Assembly: GCF_009834535.1 (NCBI RefSeq)
Contig: NC_045696.1
Location: 51,896,001-51,960,000 of the forward strand
DNA from: Camelus ferus
Taxonomy: Eukaryota
DNA: 64,000 nucleotides
Direction of reading: 5' to 3'
Shown piece by piece: positions 53,346 to 64,000 of this stretch (position 1 is the stretch's first letter; the number at the start of each line of letters is the position of its first letter). The position numbers and the translations under genes were made by a program. The notes under the pieces are model-generated. The model was not told the origin of the DNA and did not search any database. It was given only the letters and a program-made list of their open reading frames with translations.

Positions 53346-53983
53346 CACCATGCCGTTCTGCCTTCCATGAAGGTTGGTACACCTGTGCCAGGATGAGGTA
53401 GTACTGGAAACCTAGTGTCCTCAGTCTCCTTGCAGGGGCCTCTCCCCTACCCCACCATATACTCTTCGCTATGTTCCTTTGTCACGACTATCTGGAGAAG
53501 TAATATGCAAGTGGAAGTTATTACAAAGCATTGTCATAGCAGAATATGGTCACAAGTCCATGGAAGACTGTCCATCTCTATCTATAGGCCAAAACACAAG
53601 AAGACTCAAACTTATTACTCTCATCCCCAAAAGGGAAGCATAATACTGGTCTTAAAGCCCTTTATACCAAAGCTAATCACTAATATCTGGAAGGTCCTCC
53701 TCCTTTCCTTCCACAAATCCAGTAAAAGTGGCTACTAGGCCTAAGGGGAAAAGATCTAATCACCACTCCTTTACAATGCTATTTCACTCAGGATCTCAAG
53801 GCAACCAAAAGTCATTCCAAACATAAAAGTAATAGAAGTAAAAAGAAAATGTGTGTAGTAGAAAGATAGTGTCAGAAGTCCTAGGATTTTGTTGGTGTTC
53901 TGCCACTTTACTGCCATGACTTGAGGCCACTCTCAGCCTTGGTTTCCTTTTCTGTACTTAAGCTATATCTATCTCTCTTGATG

Positions 53984-54155
53984 CAGTGACTCCAAATGTG
54001 TGGTCCCATCAGTATCACTCAGGAACTTGTGAGAAATGCAAATTATCAGTCCCTATAACTAGACTCAGAGTCAGAAACTCTATGGGTGGGGCATAGCAAT
54101 TTGTGTTTTTAACAAGCCCTCCAAGTGACTCTGATCATTTCCAGGTGATTCTGAC
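53984..54155. mobile_element. MER5A element
   Basis: ggaacttgtgagaaatgcaaatt...agtcagaaactctatgggtgggg...tttaacaagccctccaagtgactctga. Confidence 0.8.
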
Positions 54156-57100
54156 GTATCTACTTCAAAGCTTTGTTGTTTAAGGTTAAAAGGAGACTGT
54201 GCATAAAATTGTTAGTTTTTATTACTATCTGCTTAAGTCAGAAATCTCAAATTCTCTGGCAGTAATATTTACAGAAATAATGTTATAGCCTACATTAGTT
54301 AGATTAATAACCTCATTTCTGAATTTCACTCTGAATGTGTAGATGAGGCACAAGTCAACCAGAGGTTATGCAATTAGTTTGGAGTCAAAGATAAAGCAAG
54401 GAGTAGAGCTGAGAAGGAAACCCCAGAATGAACTTGATTTTAATTCAATCAAACTGTTAAGGTACCAACCACGCACTTTCATCTATAATCACAATGAACC
54501 TTTTTATAAACAAGTCTCTATCTTTTAGCTTAAAAAAATATAACAGTAGCTCTTTGGATTTTAAAACAGATTGACTTCCATAATTCTGGGCTAAAGGCAG
54601 CTCAAGAAGCAATAAGAAATCACAAGCTTTCTACAGCTAGAAGGTGCAGTGGCCCAGACCTGTCTATATGTGAAGGGCAGACAGAATTCCCCTTGCTCAC
54701 TTCACACTTCTGACTACTGCAATGGTGGAAACCATGATAAATGAAAATGAGTATCTAGTGGTTGAGTTTTCATTCTACTATATATTCTTCTGTAATATTA
54801 CTATTTGGATACTATAAAACATAAACTGGGTTTCAGGAGACGCTTTGGAATGCGTTTTCCCCCCATCCTCCTGTCAGCTGCACTCTGTCTTTTTACTGTA
54901 ATTTATCTGATATAGCTACTAAGACGCTTGATACTTTTACATGCGAGGATGCAGAAAAACAAAGAGCGAGGGAATGGGTTGTTAATGAAATTCTCTGATT
55001 GTAAAAAGCACTTTGGAATGATCAGGTGGTAAATAATAATAAGAGGAAATAACATAAAGTGCTTAGATGCTACAGCAATAGTCACTCTATAAATGCAGAA
55101 GACATCAGACATGAATGGAATTTGTATTTTATACAGCTTCTATGTGTGTATATAGAATATACAGTTGCTAATTTTACAATAATACTGGTAAAATATTGTT
55201 CAAAATACATCCTTACTATCTTATCACTTTAAAAGGCATCATATAGAAGCACCCATCTGTCCTAGTGAAATGGAGAATGCATGTCAAGAGGCTAAAGAAA
55301 GAGCCTCTTTCACATGAAAAAAGCCCAAATAAAAGGAGAGAATGAAGAAGAGAAAATAGTAATGCTGTTACAACAGCTTTGGAGACATGCACAAAGATGA
55401 TCCTCGAGAAACATCAGGGACAAATAACTGTTAATGTGTGGCAGAGGAACTATAATGAAGATATATGATCACACACCAAAAATACAGACACAAGCTCTTT
55501 CTCTTGCTGGGCTATTTTTATGGTGGTAGTTGTTTTTAAATGAAAACAGGGAGAAGAGAATGAGAAGTATGGGGTTTTTTTGATTATTGCTATTGTTGCT
55601 GTTTAGTTTAGCTATATTGTTAAAAGAAATTCCGTATCAGGAAGAACACAACCTCAGTGCTTATCACAAATGTGCCTTCAATTTTCTTGTTATTTTCCCT
55701 TCGTAGTTGTTCTTAACACAATGCCCATTCATTAAGGTATGCTAAATCCTGGTCTATGGTGACTCTACTTTAAAAGAGATGGAGAAGATGCTAAGAGTGG
55801 AGATTCTCTTAGTTATATGGGAAGAGTCTGATTAGAATTCTGAGAAAGCAGAGACCTTAATAAAAAGATCACAAGCCAAACAATACAGAGCACTGAAGCC
55901 TGAATTAGCCAAAATACACAGTTCTCTCCCTTCCTTTGTCCTCTTCCTTTGTGGATCCCTGTGTCTCTAGGATATTTTCTGTCTTCAGTCATTTAAAAAG
56001 CACATCCAGCTATTTTGTAAAATATCTCAAATTTCCAACTTGGAAGAAGATAGCAACTTTCTCAGAGAAACTAACCCTATGTATTCACAAAACTTGCACT
56101 TATTTTTGGAATAGGGAAGTGGAGAGATAATTACCAACATAGGAAAGGAATAATAATAATATTAGTAATAATTACATTAATACCAATACTTTGGATTCTA
56201 GAGTATGTTTTATCACAAAATTTCACTTGTATTAAGGGAGACTTCAGGACAAGTTGATCATTAAGCCAAAATCAGACTCTCCAAAAAGTTGTAAATGCTC
56301 TCAGAACAAGCTTTAGTAACGAACAAATGCTGGGACTGTGGCATAAAATCATCTCCCTGTCCCTAGGTTCTAAAAGTTAACTATTAAACCATATGCTGTT
56401 CATCCTGATTTGGTTTACTCAATTCAAGAAACAAGGACACACTGATCAGACTGCCCTGGGCAGTTGAACACCTAGTGCAGGCTTTGTGAAGACAGTGTTC
56501 TTCCCACCAATGCTACCCAAAGGGCTTCTATTATCAGGCTATCAATTCTGTATTGCTGGTGAAGGATGGAAAGTATCTTCTTTTGAAGAACAAGTTCTTT
56601 TCTCTCTCTGGTTCTCTCTTCTGGTTCTGGTACACTCAACATTTTATGTGCTCAATCTCCTCCACATCTTCCCCCGCTCCCCACCCCGAACAATTCCCTT
56701 TTTTTTCCTACTCTAGTTAGTCTTTTAATTATTTACAGACTTGCTTGTCTGGACATTTCATTTTAGCAGAAGGTGGCTGATTTTTTTCAGCACCTTTTAG
56801 TGGAATGCAATTATAGATGCCTAGAGAGGGAACTGGTCTTAATGGTATTTTTAGGTTTCAAATGTGACAGAGATCTTTACCCTTTATTGATTTTATTCCC
56901 TGTGTACTGTCCACTTTATAGCTTGAAATGGCTACAGTGGTGTTTGAAAAACTGGTTGTTCGTCACTGTCCAACCCATTTTTTAAAACAGATTTTGAAAG
57001 CCTTGTTTTTACTCTCTGTCTTAAAGAAGGTTTTGTTTGGTTTCGTTTTCTTTGTGGAGTCATGCTGGCAGAGAAAAACAGTCTAGAACATTGCTTTTAA

Positions 57101-58954
57101 ATGTGGTATGATTGAGATTATAACCATATTGAATCTCCATTCAAAATTTATTAGATTGAGCCATGTGTAGCTAAAAGGAAAGAGAGGTCATAAGTCTTTA
57201 AAATTTTTTCACAAATACTAACACCAAGGGATGCAAATGTTTAAATTCATCAAGTACAAAATGATATCCCACTATTGGAAAGATATTTTCTCATGTCCAA
57301 AATTCATTTTTGGGGTTTGAGGTGTTGGGACATTTATATGTGGGATATTCCTCCATATTTTTGATAGTGTCTGCGAATGTCTTAGTATCCATGTAATACT
57401 ACATTTGTAAAAATGATACATTACAGATTAGAAACAGCATGACATGAAGATCACTTTCAATGCAACTAAGAATAAGGAAATTTTCCTATGTTAATCTGGG
57501 ATTGTTCATTTTACTTATATTTCCAGGACTCTATGCTCCACAGGGAGAATAAAAGTTGAAGAACTCTGGGATAAAGAAAAAGGATGAAAATAGCCAATGA
57601 TATTCAGATCTATTTTTTAAAAAAGCCAAAATTTCTTTGTTTAAAAAAACAGGATTTGGGGCTGAATTTTATGGTGATTTTTGATAAATTCACAACAAAA
57701 CTTTCTGAATCTTCAAAAAGTGAAAGAGTAAAACATATACTCTAAATTTAGAGTAATAAATAATAGTGTAGACATATATTGAAATTGGCAACAGCCAGAA
57801 TTTGAGAGAAGGAAATTGAACATTCATTGTGACTGGAGGAAGGGTGAGCATGAGAGATGCAGCCCAAGAAAAGCACTCATGACGTGTAATCCAAAACCCA
57901 GCATCATACAATGAAGTTTTTATATTTTTCTTTTCAGGGGAACATTTGAGGAAAGATTGTTCCAGGGTTCTTGTCAATTTTTCTTTTTTCTTTTTCTTTT
58001 CTTTTCTTTTTTTAGCTAAAATTTCACCCTAAATTCTAGCGAAATGGTCAAGAGTGCTCTTGGAGGTTTTGACCCAAATGAAGTAAGCGGTTGTAACAAA
58101 GTTATAAACTAAGCCAATCTACACTAACCCCCAAGTCTTGCTTAAAGCAAGGCATTGAGATTTGGACTCCAAACTGGCAAACTCAATGGTCCAGCTGCAT
58201 AAAGGCAAATTGGAAAACCACATCTGAGTTCTACTCTGAAAAATAAAGCTTCTTGATCTTGGTAGGAGGGTATTCCTACCACTGCTTTACTGTATATGCA
58301 AATTGTAGCTAAATTACACATTCCATTTTTGGTAACCTTGAGGAAAAGACAATGTGCTATTTTGGGGGCATATATTTTCTAAACTGTAAACTGTAAAGCA
58401 CTATGTAAAAGTACAGTGATTAATTAACATCTCATAAGAGAAACATATGGATTGATGATGAAATGGATTAAAAATGTATTAAGCATTTGCTTTGTAAAAG
58501 TACTAAATACTACTACTAATAATACTAATAATCATTCTTCAGAAATTTGATGGGAAAAATCTACAGAATATGTTTGCTGAGAATAATCATCAGTTTTTAA
58601 TTTTGGGGAAGAAGACTAGGACAAGTCACAGGAGGATTTTGATGGGAAGTCTGAAACCCCTGATCTATGAACCACCCATTTTAAGCTCCAGTTTCTTCAG
58701 AACTAGTAATAACCTGTTTCCTGAAACCAAAGGGAGCAGTAAAAAGAGTTGCCTATACTCATGTGCTTCAGCCTCCTGGAGATCTATTAAATCTATAACC
58801 CAGGACTCATATTTCTATAAAAATGATAACACAGTAAAAGTAAAATCTCATCTTCGCTTTGTTTGCTTTGATGAAATTGGCTATGCCCCCAATTAAATTA
58901 TACTACAAACTTCTTTCCTACTACCAATAATGTAAATATATAACCAGGCACAAG

Positions 58955-59160
58955 AATGTGGTAATGGATAAAGGATGAGTTTTAGAGTCTTAGAACCTTG
59001 GGTTTGTATCGTATTTCCACCCTTAACAAGTCATTTAACCTCTGGAGGTTAAAGTTTTTCCATCTATTAAGTGAAGATAACGGTACCTATCTCACAGGCT
59101 TGTTTTAAGAATTAAATGTAAAACTCTTGGTGCAGAGAGGTCATTCAATAAATGGCAGCC
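58955..59160 (+). mobile_element. MIR SINE
   Basis: caagtcatttaacctct...gtacctatctcacaggcttgttttaagaattaaatg...tcaataaatggcagc. Confidence 0.7.
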
Positions 59161-60519
59161 AAATCACTGCCTGCAGTAAAATCAAGATAAAACATATTTT
59201 GTCAGGACTGTTGCACTGTGAGGTAGGTCTGGTATCCAAGCTACAAAATCCATTAAACCAAAATAATTTGGTCATTTTAGCAATGCATTTTAGAGATATT
59301 TTTAAATGACATTTTCCCAAAGTCAAGCTAGCTTATGGTTATATGGAATTTCTGTATTTAAAAGGGAGCTTTATTCAATTTATAAAATAATGTTTCTACT
59401 CTTGTTCCCCAAATCAAGGATTATAAAAACCTTCCACCAAAGAGGATAAGAGTGACATTTAGAAAACCAAGTTTTTAAAAACTATAATAGGAAATGAATG
59501 TAAATTGTCAAGAGGACAGGAAGTACCCCAAGTCAAAGCAACACGGAGAAGAAATATGTCCTGCAGAAGAGGAGGGATGGAATGACACTTAAACACGAGA
59601 GAAACGGAGGAGTGAAGTGCAACACCAAGCCTTAGAAGCTGCAGGTTAAGAAGTGTTTGAAACTCTGACTCTAAGATGAGAGGTAAATTCAAGAATACAT
59701 ATCTGTGAGAAGAAATGCAGTGAGAGCAAAATTCCTAGGAACCAGGAAGCATTTAGGAATAAAATCTTTAAGTGGGATGCTCCAAGGTGGTGCTAGCTTC
59801 AGAAAATACAAATATTGATGGGTTAAATCAAGACTGAGAAAAATATAAAGCCAAATATGGGCAGCTCTGAGAGAAAAAATATAGGCAGCTTGGGACTCAA
59901 CTGTCATCACAATTCATTTGTGTTTCGCATCCCACTGTTTGTGACATTAACAGAATTTCGAATTTAGCAATGAACTATTTTTGAATTGTGAATCTCTGCA
60001 GCCATTTTCCATATGTAGCTACCACTGAAACTAGCAATAATAGCCCTTTGATCTTTAAAAAACTTCCAATTAATACTATTCAAATCAGGGCTCACCTAAG
60101 AATTTCTCAAGTTAATTCACTTTTTTTATCATTTGAAGTGGAGTGTTATCCCTGCTGTTTATTTGCATAGAGTCCAAATTATTTGACTATTTTAGTAACA
60201 AATCCTTTGGTGGCTTTTGCTTTTATTGTCATTTTTCAAAAGATAAAGTTTTAGATTGTTGAATTCTATTTTCATTTAACTAAAATAAGACAGATCTTTT
60301 TATAAAGGCATTGAAAGGGGTAAAATTTACATGCATCGTTCCTATGGTGTGTCAAACATTAAGCAAGGTAATTTCAAATATTAGCATTTATTTAGTATTG
60401 GTATGCATATATTAATTCACATGAACCATATATATTTATATATATTCTATATATAATGAGCTTATATTCATATACACAGGGCTTTTCTGTCTTATTGTTA
60501 TTATTGCCGTTGTTAACGG

Positions 60520-60730
60520 ATATCATTTATTGAGTACCTATTACATTCCAAGAACTCTTCATGGCACTATGCACATATACCATGTAATGAAGCCATTTCT
60601 GCTCCATTTTCCCTTTGAGGACTTAGACATAAGAAATAATGAGTGCATGATAATATATTTTGTAAATGGTAGAGGTGATAACCAAATACATGGCTGTGCA
60701 ACCACAAAGTCGACATTCTTTTCACAATAT
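60520..60730 (-). mobile_element. MIR SINE
   Basis: catttattgagtacctattacattcca...ccattttccctttgaggactt. Confidence 0.55.
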
Positions 60731-61494
60731 AGTTCAGCCTTTCGTGCTGAGGCAAGCCTACTGTTTTAAAAGTTAACAAAATGTGTTGTTAAGATTCCAT
60801 ACAACCGTTTTTCTTAATATACTGTTATTCCATTGTGCCATCATTCTCTTAAAATTATTCAAACTTCTACAGAACATCTACACTGATGTTCACATGCTTT
60901 TCCTCATAAAACGTAAATCAGTTCAAAAAGACTAATTAAGCACCTACTATGTGGCACCACTAACCTTGATAACTTTGTTCACTGTTGTGTTAAGATACAA
61001 ATCTTGACAACGTACAATCCTTTCTTTCCTGAAGATGCCTTTTTGGGTAAAATTATATTTCTAATCTCCTTTAGTCACTGATAATATAAAAAAATAGCAC
61101 TATGCGAAAAACATTAGGGCTTTGGATTTGAAAGTTCCTTTTAATAAAACAAACCTAGTTAGCCACAAATTGTTGAAACAAAATCTGTAACATGAAGGGC
61201 ATTTAAGGCAGATTTAAACAGCATTTCTACCTAGAAACAGAAAATTAGTCTGCATAATGTCATTTATCTACTGAGCTAGATTATATTATAATTTTCAGCT
61301 ATAAACCCAGATTCTTCATGTGTGTGGCAAAGATATCTCTGGCCCACCCTTAGTAGGAAGTGTGTTTTGACTTGTTTTGTCAGTAGTGACATAGTGACAA
61401 TGGAGTTGCACTGGACAAAATATGTTTTCGGCAAGTTTCCTTGGTAATGAAAATGTGTATAATAATAATAATAATAATCAGCATCAGCATCATA

Positions 61495-61720
61495 ATAATG
61501 ATAGCACTTGATACTACACTATGTGCCAAGTACTGTGATTAGCACTTTACATGCATTATCTTACTTATTGCTCAAAATATCTCATGTGGTGTGTACTGTT
61601 AATAATCCAGTTTAACAGATAAGGACACTGAGACATGGAGAGGCCAAATAACTTGCCTAGGATCACGCAGATAGAGAAGAAGCAGAGCCAATGAGTCCAA
61701 CTCTCAGACCTACACGAAGT
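61495..61720 (-). mobile_element. MIR SINE preceded by (AAT)n
   Basis: actatgtgccaagtactgtgattagcactttacatgcatt...taacagataaggacactgag...taacttgcctaggatcac. Confidence 0.8.
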
Positions 61721-62378
61721 GGGGATGACAGCAGGTGCTATGATGTCTGTTCAAGAGAATACTGCATATGTGCTATTCTGTCTGCATCAACTAGAGCTGG
61801 GACTCAGATGCTTTGTGGGCCCAAATCTGAGGACAGCTAACAGGAGTTAAAATTTCAGTTGCTTCTATTCATATTGCCTGCTAATTAAAATGTTCCCTTC
61901 TGAGAAGACAGTGGCTGGCTGGCATGACCCTAGAACATAATACATGCTCAAAAAAGTATATTATGAATGTTAACAATGGTTTCTCAAGTACTGAATGAAC
62001 CAGTGATTTCCACTCCCCACCGCCCCCTTAAAAAAAAATAGGTTGTCCTACTGTCTAAAATATTTTCACCGTGAGCACATATTACTTAGGTGAGCAGGTG
62101 AAAAAATTGGAACTTTCTTTTTGTTTTGCTTTAATCTTACGTTGTTAGTCTCAGTTAAAAATGTGACCCCTCTGGGAAACTTTTCCTGTTGCCTATGCTC
62201 AGATCTAATCTAGGGTAGTACTCCTTACTCTGTCCTTCACAGAACCTTATCAAAGCCACATACTATTGTTCATTGTTTGTCTTCTCTACTTTATCCCTGG
62301 AAGATTGACCCTATAACGTATCTACCTCTTGCACCTCTGGGTATCCTGAACTCATTAAAAAACCAAAAACACAAAACC

Positions 62379-62384
<6 letters not shown>

Positions 62385-62416
<32 letters not shown>

Positions 62417-62428
62417 ATACACATACAC
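62385..62428. repeat. (CA)n microsatellite
   Basis: Direct read. Confidence 0.95.
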
Positions 62429-64000
62429 GAACAAGCTAAAAGATGAAAAAGAATGATCTTGGCGTTGATTGTGCACACAGTTTGGTCCTTGCAGGTGGCT
62501 TATTTTCCCCCTTATGTTATGTGCAGGTCCCCATGAGAAAAGAGCTTCCCACAACAGGGAGAGTCCTGAACTGACTGGTCTGTTCCCCAAAGAAATTTAT
62601 AAATGCATAAGAAATATATATATATTTATACACATACACATGCACACATTCATACATACATCCATATTATGAAATAATATGAATGCATTTGGAAGTCATG
62701 GAGAATGCAATAGGCAATGTCTCAAAAACAAAGCATATTATTTTTGTTTATATTACTTCACATTTTATATTTAGTAATTTTATTCCCTTTCTATCCTAAT
62801 ACATTATGTACTCTAATACATATTTCATGTAAGTGAAACTTTATTCACCATTTTACCCCTAGTTCCTAGAGGAAAGCATGGCACTAAACACACAATAAAT
62901 ATATGTTGAAAAGAAGGGAAGGAAAGGGAAAACAGACACAGAAGCTCTCACAATATTTCTCATATTTCTCTGGAAATAATAAAGGGGGTGGGTGTCTCCA
63001 GTACTTTTCCAGGAAAACACGAGTCATCAGTGAAGTTGCAAGCTCTCCTCCTGTTCCTCAGACCAGCTACCAAATTCTTTTTTGCCCAAAATGTCTCTTC
63101 TAGCCTGTTGATACCCCATTTCTGGCACTGCTGAGACTTTGGAGCAGGGTCTTAGGCAGAAGCAGCGCAAGCCCCTGCCAACTAGGGAGGCTGCTGCTAT
63201 AGGTTCCAGCATTTCCTATAGGTCAGCTGAGGCCCCAGAGGGGCAGTGGAAAAAGACATGCGAGTCTTCGCAATGTCAGGTGCATTCACTTACACATGTC
63301 TTCTCCCCTCAAAAAGGATCCTGGTAACAAATCACTGAATGATGATGAGAGCAATGGAATAGAAGGCCCCCATGATATCTGCCATTCCAGGCCTGGGAGA
63401 TATAGACTCCTGCTGAGGGGAAGAAGGAAGAATCGACAATGGTTTCTTACATTTTGCAGCTTCAAAATTGTAGCAGGGTCCTATTAAATGAAATTGCTAT
63501 CAACAAGCATATACACATACTGATATAATACAATAGAAATCTTTAGTTTTACTCGACAGGAGAGTATGTGGTGATTCATACTTCTCCGAGTATGGAGAAG
63601 ACAGTATCTTAGTAGTAATAAATTATTCCAGATTGTGAATTTTTTCAGACAATGGTTGGACTTGTCCTTTTTCATCTTTGTATCACCCAGACCCAACATA
63701 CGACATAGCATATAGTATATCAACATATGGTGGCTAAAATATTAAAGAACATTTTTTGGCAATGGTGAGATATGGCTTGAAGGGTTCAAACAAACACAGA
63801 ATTCTTTTCTGAGCTCAATCTTCCAGTTTTATGAGCGAGCAATCATCACTTATTATTGTTTTGGTCAGTGTTAATATAATAAGCCCTCACCAACTGCGGT
63901 GTGGAAATCTTACCATTTTATGCTCAGACCCTAAAATTTTAAAGCCATGATTTTGAAAGTGTGGTTTTCAAGCTTTAGTGCGCATAACTAACCTGGGTAG

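Noticed and set aside
53394..53403. let-7-like TGAGGTAGTA
   Set aside because: Only 10 nt match; the rest of the mature sequence and a precursor hairpin are absent.
43974..59629. Peptide LGVALHSS shared by two ORFs (43974-43997 plus, 59606-59629 minus) with only synonymous differences
   Set aside because: Flanks are unrelated, DNA identity is 17/24 and neither ORF has coding support; treated as coincidence.

Overview
AT-rich, CpG-depleted mammalian non-coding DNA, very probably camelid (two tRNA-derived Vic-1-type SINEs at 24256-24394 and 38590-38727). No credible protein-coding sequence: the ORF track looks like chance ORFs or overlaps old repeats. The main functional signal is a minus-strand cluster of spliced, apparently non-coding exons (10385-10525/~10750, 9352-9640, a textbook 48-nt exon at 6610-6657) in a repeat-poor, motif-dense zone. 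Several CNE/enhancer-like blocks lie upstream (SOX/POU cluster ~27.7-28.3 kb; CpG-retaining homeodomain-motif block ~35.6-36.3 kb). The layout is that of a conserved lncRNA promoter in a developmental gene desert; my tentative, unverified identification is the proximal 5' end of SOX2-OT. The rest is ancient repeats (MIR, L2, L3/CR1, L1M, MER5, MER81, MLT1). The most unusual structures are a 79-bp, 96%-identical inverted duplication that looks like a templated insertion (37870-37948 / 38854-38932), a poly(A)-only retro-insertion with a 14-bp TSD (37306-37344), and a hairpin that would sequester the donor of the 48-nt exon. Repeat boundaries are approximate and family names come from recalled consensus sequences, not a search.
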